DNA of 64,000 nt from Candidatus Hydrogenedentota bacterium (GCA_963668025.2 CAXXTH010000018.1:192001-256000), one strand, 5' to 3'. Shown: positions 1 through 11,900, numbered from the stretch's first letter. Numbers and translations are program-made. Notes: generated by a model not told the origin, from the letters alone.

Positions 1-2685
1 ATGCATCGCCACGCCGGTTTCATCCTTTTCACCTGAAAACGCCCCCGCCTTTACGCCCACGCCACATACCAGTTTCCCCGCGAGCGCATATGCCTTCTCA
101 TAGAGTCCGTGCGAATAGGCCCGTAGCGCCGCTTCCTGTTGCGCCGCGTAAAAGGCGGTATCAACACCTGCCGCACGCCACTGTTCCAACGCCTTCGCAG
201 CCCCATCTAGTTCCGCCTGCGCCACCTCCGCGGACACCTCAGGCGCGCCCCAAACCAATGCCGTGCTGCGGGGAGGCATGCGCAGTTCCACGCTCGAACC
301 ATCCGGCGCTGCTTCCAGCAGCCTCCCGGCGCTGATCTCCGTAAACCGCCATGGGGTGTCTGCATCGGATGGTGTTTTCAGCGTGGCGCGCGATGCTGAA
401 TCGCCGCCATTTATCAACACGACGGCAAGGGTTCGCCCATCCGTAAGAGGCAGCACGGTGAGTGGACCGCCTTCCCCTTGCACATCCACGGGACGCATCC
501 AATAGGCAGGGATTTCACGGCGCAAGGCTTCTTCCACTGCGGCAATTGGCAACGGCTTGATCACCGCGTCGCTCGTATACGCTCCAGAACCGGTATGTAC
601 GGCATGGTGGACAATGCGCTCCTGCGATTCCGGCTGAACATCCAATTCCTGAGACGCCGCCAGGACATCTTGCGCTTGACCGCTCCAAGGCGCATATAAG
701 GCGTCCTGTTCCGCCAGCGCACCCCAGCGGTATAATTTTCCACCACCGGCGGTATACGCACGCAAGCCCTCCAGCGCTTCTCTGCTGACATATGGATTCT
801 CAATACTAATCAATGCCGGTATACGCTCGGGCAGACTGGCGCTGAGCAAACGGTCACCTATAAATGTAATAGACCATCGGGCGCGCAACGCGTCTTGGAT
901 GAAAGCAGTCCACATGGGGTTCCAGCCCGCGAGCCGCCAGGTGGCGTCCGACACATAGAGGGCGATGCGCGGCTGCACACGCCCCATGCCGGAGAGAATG
1001 GGCTGGGCAGTGGCGATTTCCGCGAAGACCGCTCGCGCCTCGGCCTCGGCAGGAGTATCTTTGATGTGCCAGAGCCCGTCCGGCAGATCGCCCTCCCATT
1101 GCACCATGCCGATGTGGAAAACACCCATGCCCAAGCACTCATACACGAGGCGCCGCAGCATCCACGGCGTAAAGCTCCGTCCACCCCCTTGCACGGCAGG
1201 ATCAAGTGTTTTATTCGCTAAGCGAGGTGTGACCACCGGGACGCCATACGCGGTGAAGCCGGACAGTGTCAGCATATTTAGTGAATCGGCGTCTTCGTCA
1301 ATGGTGATCTGGCCCGTCTCGAAACCGTCGCAAGCCCCGGCGATTCCGCCTGGCGCAAAGCCCATAGCGCGCCTCGACTGTGCAAAAAACGGATTTCCGT
1401 GTGTCGGGTAAAAAACAAACCTCTTCCGTGGATCCGCATTCAGATGCTGCTGGGTGTAATAGGCGGCGCGCCTGCTCTCGACTTCCTCCCGAAATTGCAT
1501 CCATGCTCCGCGCATCCGGGAAGGCGCATCCGCAGCACAAGCCTCCGGTTCAAGCGGCCAATCCCAGCCTTGGCGCTGGGCATATGCGTTGTAATGCGCC
1601 CGTGATTGGGGCCTAAAATCACTGGCGGGCAATCCAAAATAATCGGGATAGCACTCCTCTCCCGAAATCACCCAGTAGGCCAAGCGTTCAGTGTCTTTAA
1701 AATGCGCGCCCGCCCGGCGAATCAAATCCGATGAAAGCTGGTATAAGATGGGCGCATCCATCGCCGGAACCGGATTGCCCGGCGTACCGTCAAAAAAAGC
1801 AGAACGGATGATTTCCCCTTTTACATCCTGCATGAACGCCTCGGGATAGGCCTCTTGAAACCATTGGGGAAACATCGAGAAAAACGGATTGTTGTGTTCT
1901 CCAAGGCCCATGGTAAATTGCATCTGATACGCATCCGCCTTGGCCGCATCGTTCAAAGCGCCCAGCGACCGACATGCCAGCGCACCGCCCTCCCATTTCG
2001 TCCATGACCCATCGGCGTATAAAAGCCAGCCTTGCAGCGCTACGCCAGGCTCCTCATCTTGGGCCGCGGGATCATGCAGCACTGTTGCCGTGTCTTCCAC
2101 CGGTACGGGCCATACCTCGACGCGCTCCTGCTTCAAGGTGATCTCGATGCGGTACACGCCCGGCGGTGAAGGCTGTGCGGATTGGCACACTAGCCAAGGC
2201 TGGCGCAAGGCGTCGGCAATCTCCCCTTTGGCTGCCTCAATGGGCGCGCCTCCTTCAATGACTTGAAGTAAACGTCCCTCCGCCGAAGCGCCCGATACCC
2301 CCGTCGATACTAAAATCCCCACACCAAATAGGGGCTTGGATGCAGTAAACTGAAGGGCAATTTGGTTTCGTGGTGATTCAAACATGGCTTGCGCCTTGGG
2401 ATGGTTCGGGCCGGCAGGAGCAGGCTCTAGGGGAAGGCCATGATGGATGGAAAACGCCGTTGCACCGGTCCGGCGCTGCATATCGGCCAAATCGAGGGCG
2501 TACCAAAATCCCCGCATGGCCCCTGGCCCTTCCGCCCAGCCGTTGTAGGCGGCGTCTAGTTCCGTTTCACGCCACGCGTCCGATACCGGCAAGACGCCGC
2601 TTTGACCCGCCGCCAAGGCGGAGATACAGCAGGCTAGAAACACGAACACGATTCGATAACGATACCCGGAACACGGCTTATTCAT
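1..2685 (-). CDS. Secreted GH42-like (beta-galactosidase-like) glycoside hydrolase, >=895 aa, 3' end beyond window; absent from ORF track
   Basis: Manual translation open from ATG 2685 (GGGAG RBS) to base 1. Signal peptide MNKPCSGYRYRIVFVFLACCISALA; GH42-like segments PQWFQEAYPEAF, HFKDTERLAYWVISGEE, WMQFREE, GVFHIGMVQW; trimerisation-like LRAYTAGGGKL. Confidence 0.75.
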   Translation of the reverse strand, partial: MNKPCSGYRYRIVFVFLACCISALAAGQSGVLPVSDAWRETELDAAYNGWAEGPGAMRGFWYALDLADMQRRTGATAFSIHHGLPLEPAPAGPNHPKAQAMFESPRNQIALQFTASKPLFGVGILVSTGVSGASAEGRLLQVIEGGAPIEAAKGEIADALRQPWLVCQSAQPSPPGVYRIEITLKQERVEVWPVPVEDTATVLHDPAAQDEEPGVALQGWLLYADGSWTKWEGGALACRSLGALNDAAKADAYQMQFTMGLGEHNNPFFSMFPQWFQEAYPEAFMQDVKGEIIRSAFFDGTPGNPVPAMDAPILYQLSSDLIRRAGAHFKDTERLAYWVISGEECYPDYFGLPASDFRPQSRAHYNAYAQRQGWDWPLEPEACAADAPSRMRGAWMQFREEVESRRAAYYTQQHLNADPRKRFVFYPTHGNPFFAQSRRAMGFAPGGIAGACDGFETGQITIDEDADSLNMLTLSGFTAYGVPVVTPRLANKTLDPAVQGGGRSFTPWMLRRLVYECLGMGVFHIGMVQWEGDLPDGLWHIKDTPAEAEARAVFAEIATAQPILSGMGRVQPRIALYVSDATWRLAGWNPMWTAFIQDALRARWSITFIGDRLLSASLPERIPALISIENPYVSREALEGLRAYTAGGGKLYRWGALAEQDALYAPWSGQAQDVLAASQELDVQPESQERIVHHAVHTGSGAYTSDAVIKPLPIAAVEEALRREIPAYWMRPVDVQGEGGPLTVLPLTDGRTLAVVLINGGDSASRATLKTPSDADTPWRFTEISAGRLLEAAPDGSSVELRMPPRSTALVWGAPEVSAEVAQAELDGAAKALEQWRAAGVDTAFYAAQQEAALRAYSHGLYEKAYALAGKLVCGVGVKAGAFSGEKDETGVAMH

Positions 2686-2709
2686 GATGCACTCCCACGA
2701 GGCAAGTTC

Positions 2710-2759
2710 CGTGGCATGGCCGTCATGGCCATGCGCATGGGCGGAACGCCCATGCCACG
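2710..2759. repeat. REP-like palindrome (CGTGGCATGG...CCATGCCACG)
   Basis: Intergenic inverted repeat with two internal hairpins. Confidence 0.65.
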
Positions 2760-2772
2760 TATTAAAGATAGT

Positions 2773-5112
2773 TTATGTATGTTTGTCTGCATACCTAAAT
2801 GCATAGATTCCCCAAACGGCTAACACCATCAAACCTAATCCAAGTCCCTGCGCGGCGGGAAGGCGGCTCAATGCATTATTGGGATTCGTTCCGTTACGGA
2901 GCTCGAAGATATTCGTGTTGCCGTCGCCATCGGGGTCATCGTAGGCAGACCAGTCCAGTGTCTCGAAATACTGCATCTCCCACGGATCAGGAAGACCGTC
3001 CATGTCCGTATCAGGCTCTTCATAGGAGAAGGCCAGCGTATTGGAGGTTTCATTGCCATTTCCGTTTTCGTCCGTAAAAGCATCCGCCGGAATAGATACC
3101 ACCACTTCGCCGAAAGCCAAGGGCGTAAGGATGAAGGAGTAGGAATCGCCGCTCCCGCCGAACCCATTGATAGTAGCGTTTGTAACAGACAGGCTATCTG
3201 CGGTGAAATTGGTGGAGGATTCACTCAACACGGCTGTCACGGAAACCGGACCGGAGATAGTAGAGCCCGCGGCAGTTTCGAGCAGCGCCTTGGGCGGGGT
3301 GATATCGCCATATTGCCGTGCTACATAGGAAACGCGCACCTCGTCGAGATAACCTCTGAAATCCGTACCTGAACCCGTGCCCAGAAACCACCACACGATC
3401 CCGGCTTCATCCCCTTCCGGCGGCTGCATGAGGCCCGTTTTCCCGGAAATGCTCTGGGAATTATCCTTAACACCGTTGATCCAAACCGACAGTTCGCCGT
3501 GCCCACCATCCCATACGCCCGCCACATGCGTCCACTCGCCTATCGGTAGAGACGCCAGCGAGACTAAAGATGCTTCACTGGCATCGCTAAAGGTTACAGC
3601 GATCTCGAGTTTGTCGTCGCGCACGGACAAATGGTAGGCCCCATCCCGGCTGATGAAACGCTGCAACGCGCCACTAGCCCCCGTTTCGCGTTTGACCCAA
3701 GCCTCCAGCGACAAGGCGTTGCCGATATCGGGATTGGATGCGTCATGGTTGATAGCTGAAGAGTGGATGCCCACCCGTGGCCATGGCGCTGTGCCGCCCT
3801 GGCCATCGGAGAAATAAATGCTAGTTCCAAATGCCGAGCTAGGCGAATCCGTGTGGAAGCGTTCTCCGGATGCAGCCACGTCGGCCGCCCAGCCGCCCCA
3901 GCCGCCGCTTGCGCTATTGGCCACAAACGCGGGCTCATTGGAATTTCCAGCCGTGTCCATATGAAACAGATAAACAGTGTTGTCATCCGCCGTGTACGGC
4001 GTGGAAAAATCTTCGTATATCCCATCATTCAGTGTTCCTGATATGCTGTGGATGCGATAGGTGTACAGCCAATTGCCGCCTTCATCGGAACCACAAAAGG
4101 CAATCGTAAGGCGGTTAGGTTCGGCAATGCGCCCGAGGGGAGTGCGCAGGATGCCGCTGTTGTGATTGCGCGCCTTGCCTGTGTTTGACGCATTGATGGA
4201 GCCCGCCACTTCCCAGACGCCACTCCCCGCCAGAAAATTGTTATAATCCATCGAGGCGATCTGCAACTCCGAAGCTACGAAGTCCGGCGTGGTTGTGCTG
4301 AAAGGATGGCGCGGCCGCGTTACAAACACACGGCCGCGTATAGGGTCGTACGCATAATCTGCATTGTGCAGAATGGGATTCGATCCATCGATGCTTGTAA
4401 GGCCCGCCGTGGGAACCATTTTGGCAGGGCCTATGGATAGGGCGGCCATGTCCGACATATCGAGCGGACGGCTCATCATGCGCGTGCCATTCTGATCACC
4501 TTGCGAATAAATGAGCTGTATACGCCCCGCGCCGTCAAGGCTGAAAGCGCTCGGTTGGCCTATCCCCCAGTAATAATACGATGCGAAAGGAATGATGGGA
4601 TTTCCATCCCATTTGACCCATGGCCCTTCCAAGTCGTGGGCGAAGGCCACGCCGATCTGGTTATGCGTGCAAATACCATATAATTCTTCATCCGTCATGT
4701 CTTCGCCCAAAAAGAACATGGCCCATTCATATACAGCGCCATTATACTGAAAATTTCCAGCGGTCACCGTCGGATCGCACACATGGCGCGCATCCCATCC
4801 TTCGGCTGAAGGATCGAGCACGAGCTGGTTGGCGGCCAAGATAACGCCATCGCTGTGGCGCACTTTCGTGAGGCCAATGTGATCACGCACCACGTAAGCG
4901 TCTTTGTTCGTGCAATAGAAATGATATTCCACATCATCAATCAAGATGGAACTGGTGGCGTACATGTACTTGCCGTTCCCGGCATCGAAGGCCTTATGGG
5001 CAGGTTCCGGCCAAACCACCACCGTAGCAGATGCGATAGCCGCCATCGAACACAGCAATATAGCAAGCGCCACACGTGATATCGCCTTTGTTATTAAGGA
5101 ATAAACCATCAT
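2773..5112 (-). CDS. Surface-anchored multidomain protein: five-bladed beta-propeller glycoside hydrolase-like + LamG + Ig-like + Asp-rich Ca-binding repeats + C-terminal anchor
   Basis: Signal peptide; WDARHVCDP, IGVAFA..L.GPW.K, WGIGQPS; LamG (LEAWVK, GEWTHVAGVWDG, FRGYLDEVRVS); DTDMDGLPD/DPDGDG; LP+TM+RYADK tail. Confidence 0.8.
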   Translation of the reverse strand: MMVYSLITKAISRVALAILLCSMAAIASATVVVWPEPAHKAFDAGNGKYMYATSSILIDDVEYHFYCTNKDAYVVRDHIGLTKVRHSDGVILAANQLVLDPSAEGWDARHVCDPTVTAGNFQYNGAVYEWAMFFLGEDMTDEELYGICTHNQIGVAFAHDLEGPWVKWDGNPIIPFASYYYWGIGQPSAFSLDGAGRIQLIYSQGDQNGTRMMSRPLDMSDMAALSIGPAKMVPTAGLTSIDGSNPILHNADYAYDPIRGRVFVTRPRHPFSTTTPDFVASELQIASMDYNNFLAGSGVWEVAGSINASNTGKARNHNSGILRTPLGRIAEPNRLTIAFCGSDEGGNWLYTYRIHSISGTLNDGIYEDFSTPYTADDNTVYLFHMDTAGNSNEPAFVANSASGGWGGWAADVAASGERFHTDSPSSAFGTSIYFSDGQGGTAPWPRVGIHSSAINHDASNPDIGNALSLEAWVKRETGASGALQRFISRDGAYHLSVRDDKLEIAVTFSDASEASLVSLASLPIGEWTHVAGVWDGGHGELSVWINGVKDNSQSISGKTGLMQPPEGDEAGIVWWFLGTGSGTDFRGYLDEVRVSYVARQYGDITPPKALLETAAGSTISGPVSVTAVLSESSTNFTADSLSVTNATINGFGGSGDSYSFILTPLAFGEVVVSIPADAFTDENGNGNETSNTLAFSYEEPDTDMDGLPDPWEMQYFETLDWSAYDDPDGDGNTNIFELRNGTNPNNALSRLPAAQGLGLGLMVLAVWGIYAFRYADKHT

Positions 5113-5222
5113 TCATTCACTCCAGATCGCCATTTGGGCATCTCATATTATTTCACATAGGTAATGTGCCAATGCTGTACCTTCGTATAAACATATTTTG
5201 ACTACTTTGTTTGAGTGCGGCC

Positions 5223-6374
5223 TTATTCCTCCAGCTTCTTCTCCACTTCGCGAGGCGTCGTATCTGCATACGCTTTATCGGACAGTGTTCCCGTGATAGC
5301 GTGAATGCGGTAGGAATACAGCCAATTCCCACCCTCATCCGAGGCGCAAAAAGACACCGTAAGCTTGTCCAGCTCCGCGATGCGCCCATAGGGAGTGCGC
5401 AAGATACAGGAGTTGTGATTCCGTGCTTTACCGGTATTTGATTGGTTAATATGGCCTATCACTTCCCACGCGCCATTGCCAGCCAGAAAAGACTCATAGT
5501 CCATCGCAGCGATCTGCAATTCCGATTCCATCATAGTTGGCCACTTTGTGCTGAAGGGATGGCGCGGACGCGATACGTACACTTTCTTGCGCACGGGATC
5601 ATATGCGAAATCCGCGTTGTGCAGAATGGGAGCCGAACCATCAATGTTGGTCAGGCCCGTGGTGGGCACGGTCTTCGACTGTCCGAGCGATAAAGCATCC
5701 ATGTCCGCCATATTCACGGGCACGCTGATCATCCGCGTGCCATCCGCATCGCCTCGCGAATAAATGAGCTGTACAGTTCCCGCTTGGTCCAGGCTGAACA
5801 CACTCGGCTGTCCGACTCCCCAGTATTCGTCTGAAGTGAATGGGATGAATGGATTGCCTTCCCATTTGATCCATGGGCCATTCAGGTCTTGGGCGAAAGC
5901 CACCCCAAGCTGGCAATGCATACAGCAGCCATACTTTGACTCATCTGTAAATGCCTCGCCCAGGTAAAACATCGCCCAAGCGTAATCCACGCCATCATAT
6001 TTGAATTTCCCACGAACCACCGCCGGATCACAGGTATGCTGGGCGTCCCATCCGTCCGCTGTGGGAGCGAGCACGATCTGGTTAGGCGACACAACCACGC
6101 CATCACTATGCCGCACTTGAGTAAGGCCGACGTGGTCGCGGATCACAAAAGGATCCTTATTGGTGCAATAAAAATGATATTCCACCCCATCCATCAGAAT
6201 AGAACTGGTGGTATACATAAAATGGCCTTCCCCGGCATCAAATATCTGCTTGGAAGGCCCGGTCCAGGTAACGGCCAACGCGAACCCCTGGGTTGAAAAG
6301 GCCAGCGCGGCGAAAAAAAATAGGCTCACTAGCACATGATGAGATTGCCTTGCTAAGTGCCTATACACTGCCAT
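5223..6374 (-). CDS. Secreted beta-propeller glycoside hydrolase-like protein (stand-alone paralog of the 2773-5112 N-terminal domain)
   Basis: Near-colinear shared blocks with neighbour (EYHFYCTNKD, PILHNAD, NTGKARNHNS, SDEGGNWLY); AGGAG RBS before ATG 6374. Confidence 0.8.
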   Translation of the reverse strand: MAVYRHLARQSHHVLVSLFFFAALAFSTQGFALAVTWTGPSKQIFDAGEGHFMYTTSSILMDGVEYHFYCTNKDPFVIRDHVGLTQVRHSDGVVVSPNQIVLAPTADGWDAQHTCDPAVVRGKFKYDGVDYAWAMFYLGEAFTDESKYGCCMHCQLGVAFAQDLNGPWIKWEGNPFIPFTSDEYWGVGQPSVFSLDQAGTVQLIYSRGDADGTRMISVPVNMADMDALSLGQSKTVPTTGLTNIDGSAPILHNADFAYDPVRKKVYVSRPRHPFSTKWPTMMESELQIAAMDYESFLAGNGAWEVIGHINQSNTGKARNHNSCILRTPYGRIAELDKLTVSFCASDEGGNWLYSYRIHAITGTLSDKAYADTTPREVEKKLEE

Positions 6375-6391
6375 TCGTTCTCTCCTAGTTA

Positions 6392-7960
6392 TCAGGCGCC
6401 CACCGCGCGCCACCCTTGCTTTAGCCTCTTATGCAACGGAATGATTGTATCGACGTACTGCGCCTCGCCCGCCCGGTTCCGGGTTTCATGGGGATCAACT
6501 GTGTGGTCATATAATTCGCGCGCCTTAGGATGCTCCCAGTCCGGTGCCGGAGCGGAAGCGGAAGGCTCAAAAGGAACCCATTCTGTATATCGGTATTGCT
6601 CCGTCCGAATCGAATACCCCATCAGGCCATCACGGAAATATTGGCTGAAAGCGGCGTCCTTTCCCCGCACATCCACATCGCGAAGCATGGGAGCTAAAGA
6701 AGAAGCCTCGACAGCGCCCGGTATGTCCAGTCCGCATAGCTCACATAAGGTGGGATATACATCCATCGATTCCGTGAGCGCGTGGCACGCCTGCCCAGCC
6801 GCCGGGGCATGAGGCGCTCGAATGATAAGCGGGACATGCGTGTCCAGCTCGAAATTCGTCTCTTTACCAAAATAACCGTATTCACCAAGCTTGTAGCCGT
6901 TGTCTCCCCATAACACTATGACCGTGTTTTCCGACAGCCCCAAAGCGTCCAATCCGCGCAACAGGCGTCCGGTTTGGGCGTCCACATAACTCGTAGCGGC
7001 GTAATACGCCCGGATCAATTCGCGCGCTAGCTCTCCATGTACCGGCCCGAGTCTGCGGAAATCCCGGTACCGCGCCCATTCATTCAAGGCCTGTGGATTG
7101 ATCGCCACCTCAGGCGCACCAACAGGCACATCGCAATACTCAGGAAGCACAATGGATTCCGGCGCATACAAGTCGAAATAGCGGCGTGGGGCCACATATG
7201 GCAAATGCGGCTTGACGAAACCAGCGGTGATAAAGAAGGGGCCGTCCTTATGGCGCTCGATGGCGCTCAGCGCTTCGCGCGCCACAATGCCATCCCAGAA
7301 GTATTCATCCGGTACATCTGGCGCTTCCCACGACGGGCCCGGCATGATCAAGAAAAGCGGAAGGCCGGTCTGTGGGTCTGTTGTGATGCCTGTTTTCTCC
7401 ATCTCCGCAAGGCGTTGTTGTTCCTGAAAAAACTTGGGCATTTCCTCGGGCCCATATGGCGGGGTCTTCGGCACATACAACGGTTCCGACCACGAGAGCG
7501 GGTCATCCAGCTTTGCGTCATGATAAACCTTGCCGAACGCCTGCGTGTGATACCCATGGTTCTTGAAGTGTTGGGGTAACGCAAGCGCATCCGGAACATG
7601 CTCCCGAAAATGCGGCCCGATCCACCACACCCGCGAAGTGTCAGGCCTCAGGCCGGATAACAACGCGGTGCGGGAAGGGCTGCATAAGGCCACCTGGCAA
7701 TAGTTTCGCGTGAAAACCACGCCCTCTTTCGCCAAGGCGTCCATATGCGGCGTCTGCACGATCGGATGTCCATAGCACCCTAAGACAGGGCAGAGATCAT
7801 CCACCAGGATGAACAATACATTCATAGGCTTCTTCCTGCTCACGCCGTCCTGTCCGCACAGCGGATTCAAACGGATCGTCGAACATGCTCCCGCCAGCAA
7901 GCTCCCGAGAAGAAAACCTCGTCTCGAAATCGACTGGATGGCGTTGGATTTGGATTTCAT
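6392..7960 (-). CDS. Tat-exported sulfatase (iduronate-2-sulfatase-like, Cys-type)
   Basis: SRRGFL twin-arginine signal; FILVDDL; CSPSR formylglycine motif; GKVYH; KPHLP; GDNGY.LGE. Confidence 0.92.
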   Translation of the reverse strand: MKSKSNAIQSISRRGFLLGSLLAGACSTIRLNPLCGQDGVSRKKPMNVLFILVDDLCPVLGCYGHPIVQTPHMDALAKEGVVFTRNYCQVALCSPSRTALLSGLRPDTSRVWWIGPHFREHVPDALALPQHFKNHGYHTQAFGKVYHDAKLDDPLSWSEPLYVPKTPPYGPEEMPKFFQEQQRLAEMEKTGITTDPQTGLPLFLIMPGPSWEAPDVPDEYFWDGIVAREALSAIERHKDGPFFITAGFVKPHLPYVAPRRYFDLYAPESIVLPEYCDVPVGAPEVAINPQALNEWARYRDFRRLGPVHGELARELIRAYYAATSYVDAQTGRLLRGLDALGLSENTVIVLWGDNGYKLGEYGYFGKETNFELDTHVPLIIRAPHAPAAGQACHALTESMDVYPTLCELCGLDIPGAVEASSLAPMLRDVDVRGKDAAFSQYFRDGLMGYSIRTEQYRYTEWVPFEPSASAPAPDWEHPKARELYDHTVDPHETRNRAGEAQYVDTIIPLHKRLKQGWRAVGA

Positions 7961-7987
7961 ACCTCCACACGCTCCCATCGTTTCTTG

Positions 7988-8887
7988 CTACATTTTGATG
8001 GCGCCCGAAGCGATGCCTTCGATGAACCACTTCATGGTGAACAAGAACAAAATGAACAGAGGGATAGCGGACATGGCGTAGCCCGCCATAAGCGGGCCGT
8101 ATTGCACATAATTCTGGCCTTCCAAAAATTTGAGCCCGATAGATACCGTGAAATGGTCACGTTGCAAGACGACAAGCGGCCAAATGTAGTCATTCCACAA
8201 CGCCACCACATTCATAATGGCCATGGTGGCGATGATGGGCTTGGCCAATGGCAGGGCCACATGCAAATAAAGCTGGAACCGGGTGGCCCCATCCACGCGG
8301 GCCGCTTCAAACAAGGCCTGGGGCTGGTTTTCGAAAAACTGCCGCAGCACGAAAATCATCATGATCTGGCCGCCTGCGGTGGCGGGCAGAATCAGCGCCC
8401 AGTAGCTATTCAGCAATCGTAGGTTGAGGCCCCATCCCAGCTCCTTCAATCCCAGCGCGCCGTTGATTTGGGAGCTCATCGCACGGAGCACGCCATCGAT
8501 CTGAGTCACTAGCACATACATGGGGATGAGATTAAGAATGCCGGGGATCATCATCAGCACGATGATGTAATAGAAGCTGGCCTCTTTCCCGAAAAACTGA
8601 AATTGGGCGAAATAAAACGCGCACAACGAGCCCAGCAGCGTCGTCAGAAAAGTCGCCGTCACCACGACAAACAGCGTCCGTCCGATATAGGGGCCTACGT
8701 ACTCCCAGGCAATCGCATAATTCGCCAAATGGATGGGCCAGGTAGGCACAAAGGGCTGGGTGGCGAATTGCACCGGATCCTTGAAACTAATGACGACCAT
8801 GAAATAAATCGGCACAAACGTAAACGCCGCCACCAGCAAGAGCGCGAATGTCTTTAGGGTCTCGAATAGCGTCCGTTCCGTCATCAA
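7988..8887 (-). CDS. Carbohydrate ABC transporter permease (MalG-like)
   Basis: Multiple TM helices; EAA loop LFEAARVDGA; WNDYIWP. Confidence 0.92.
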   Translation of the reverse strand: MMTERTLFETLKTFALLLVAAFTFVPIYFMVVISFKDPVQFATQPFVPTWPIHLANYAIAWEYVGPYIGRTLFVVVTATFLTTLLGSLCAFYFAQFQFFGKEASFYYIIVLMMIPGILNLIPMYVLVTQIDGVLRAMSSQINGALGLKELGWGLNLRLLNSYWALILPATAGGQIMMIFVLRQFFENQPQALFEAARVDGATRFQLYLHVALPLAKPIIATMAIMNVVALWNDYIWPLVVLQRDHFTVSIGLKFLEGQNYVQYGPLMAGYAMSAIPLFILFLFTMKWFIEGIASGAIKM

Positions 8888-8908
8888 AAAACTACTCCTG
8901 CCGCACGA

Positions 8909-11900
8909 TCAGGCTTCCTGTTGCGGGGTGGATATCAGCTTCATATTAATATATGTCAACAACAGAATTATGATGAACATGGCGACGCCCAGCGCGGCGG
9001 CATAGCCCATCTTGCCGTAGCTGAATGCATTTTGATACATCCAAAGCCCCGGCAGCATCGAGGCGTTGTTTGGGCCGCCGCGCGTCAGCACCAGCGGCAG
9101 CCAGAAATCTTGAAGCGTCCCGATAGTCACCAGCACGGCATTCAGCTTGATCTGCCCCATGATGAGCGGAAGCTCGATTGCGAACAAGCGGCGGGCGACT
9201 CCACACCCATCCATCTGCGCCGCCTCGAAAACGGAAGTCGATATGCTTTGAAGGCCCGCCAGCAAGATCAATACGCCAATCGTGGACACCCACGGAAAAC
9301 CGATGAACAGCAAGGCGGGCACCACGGTATTTTCCGCTCCAAGCCAGTTCACCGGGGCATTGATGAGACCCGCATGCACGAACAGCCAGTTCAGCAATCC
9401 GCCATCCATTCGGTACAAATATTTCCAGATGAGCAAGCCCACGATGCCTGGAATGGCCATGGGCAGCACGAAGATGACGCGGAATATATACTGCATGCGC
9501 TGGTTGGCTAAATGAAACAGCAATACGGATACGATAACCGTGGGAATGAACTTGATGATGTTCACTACAAGAAAGACCAATACAACCATGATCGCATGGT
9601 GAAGCACGCCGTCCGTAAGCAGCGCTTGGAAATTATCCAGCCCGATGAACTCCGATATGTCGCTGCCATTCCATCGGTAGAAGGAATGATATATGGCGGA
9701 AGCCGCGGGCGTATACGCAAAAACGCCTAACAGCAGCAAAGTCGGCGCAAGCACCCGCAGATAGCGAAAATCACAAATGATGCGGGCAAACACGCCGCTC
9801 CAAAGCAGAAACAGCGCCACGCCTCCCAGCAACAACAGAAAAGCGGTAATGATCGTACGTTGAATCTCTTTTTTGGCCCTGAACGATAACGGCAGTTCCG
9901 TATAGCGCGCCGCGCGCATCTCCGGCGCAATCATGCTTTCGCAGCGCGTGACGACTCCGGTGTTGTCCACTATACCGCGCCAAAAATCGGACATGCGGAT
10001 TTCCAGTGTGGCGGCGTCTTGCGCCTTCTCATTTGAGATGGGGAAATAGCGTTCCCGGAACGCCGCCAGCCACCGGTGCTGGAGCCTGCCGACCTCGCGC
10101 TTGCAGTCCTCCGGGTAATCCTCCACCACCCGGCTATAAGCAAACACGAAGTAATCTTGCAGATTCTTGCTAAAATCATCGAACTGCTTGGTGCGCCACT
10201 CCTGGTATGTCTCCCGAGAGCCCCCAAATTGGCGCTGGAAATACTCATAATTGGGAACGCTCCCCATAAGCCGGTTTTGCTCGTTCCACAGCTTGTCGCG
10301 CGCATCCACCCAATAGGGCTCTTTCGTGATGGCTATTGTATAGGGATCAAAAAAAACCTGGAAGGTGCCGCGCCGGTTCATATGCCGCAGGAACGGCTCC
10401 AGTTTGTCTGGCGGTTTGATTCCTCGTATGGGAGCCAAACACACCGCTTCCCGGCTAAGCAGTTCCTGCGCCTCGGGCGAGGTATAAAACATGAGGAAAT
10501 CCATGACCGCATCCGTCGTGCCCCGCTCCTGCGTCACCTTCGGCACGGCGAACTCGAACGCGGAAAGGGTGAACTCCTCGGAATAGACGCCATCGTAACC
10601 CGGTGATTGGGCAAGCAGCGGGAAGGGAAATACGCCCAGCTCGAAATCGCACATTTTCTCGAAAGTGGGCATATCCGTGCTGACCCAATAGATCGTGGCT
10701 GCCTTGCCCCGTGCGAACAACTCGAATGCCTGCTGGATGTCCATCGAGGTGGAGCCAGGCGCCCAATACTCACACTTCTCATACAAAAGCTTCCAAGGCT
10801 CAGCCACTTCTGGATCGCGCAGATCCAGAGAACCGTTAAGAAAACACATGGCCTCCTCGAACGGATCAGGATAATCATCCGGCACGATACAATCGTATTT
10901 GGAAATCAGATTGTTGTAGAGCTGCTTTCGATAGAAAGGAAGCTGCCAGATGATCGGCGCTGGATCTGGGAAAAAATTGCAAACCTCGCCATAAACGCCA
11001 ATATCCTGTAGTTTTTTAAATGCGGCGATCAATTCGTCCCAAGTTTGCGGCTCGGCCACCAGCGGCTTCCCATCGGGGCCAAGCACTTCATTCCCCGCCG
11101 CATCCCGCTGTACAATGCCTGCTTTTCTGAAGACATCCTTATTGTAGAAATAGGCGGTATTCTCTGAAGCCCACGAAATGACCCAATTCCGGCGAAACAC
11201 CGGATCGCGCGCCGCCATAATGAACTGGGGATAATACATGGAAGACCAGCGTATTCCCGTGTAGGGATTGATCTTATCCAGATACGGCGTCGTCTCCACC
11301 AGCTTGCTCTGGTACGCCCCATACCGGATCGCCGAAGTATTGTCGATCTGCACGATATCCGGGATCTCGCGGCCGAGGATTTGGCTTTGCAGCCAGTCGT
11401 GATATCCCGAGAAGGGCAGGTCCACCAGACGCACACGCACTTTAGGCGTCCGTTCTTCATATCGCCGGATGATCTCCTCGATAGCCCGGCGCATACCCGG
11501 TTTCTCGAGTATCCAGAAGCTCACCGCAATTTCCACGGGCTTTTCCGGCGTATACCTATATTCCGCCATCGGGATCGGCGTGAGATCGATTCCCGGAAAA
11601 TAATCTTTCTCGACCGATACGCCTAGTTCGTCCAATCGGTCCAAAACGCGGTCCGGCCAGGTGCCGGATTCATTTTCGCCTTCCGCAAGGATTTGTTTGT
11701 AGACCGCAATCGCTTCATCCCGGCGGCCAAGCTCTTGCAGGAATTTCCCTTGTAAATAACGAAAACCCAAGCGTTCATCCAGAATATGCGTCTCCTTGGC
11801 CACATCCGCCGCCCGGCCATACCAGAGCGCCGCGTTCGCTTTATCATTAAAATGCTCTCTATACAAACCAGCGAGCCCGACAGTGGCGAATGAAGCCAGC

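Noticed and set aside
90-2687. Short ORFs listed by the track in this region
   Set aside because: Explained as shadows of the long minus-strand GH42-like gene.
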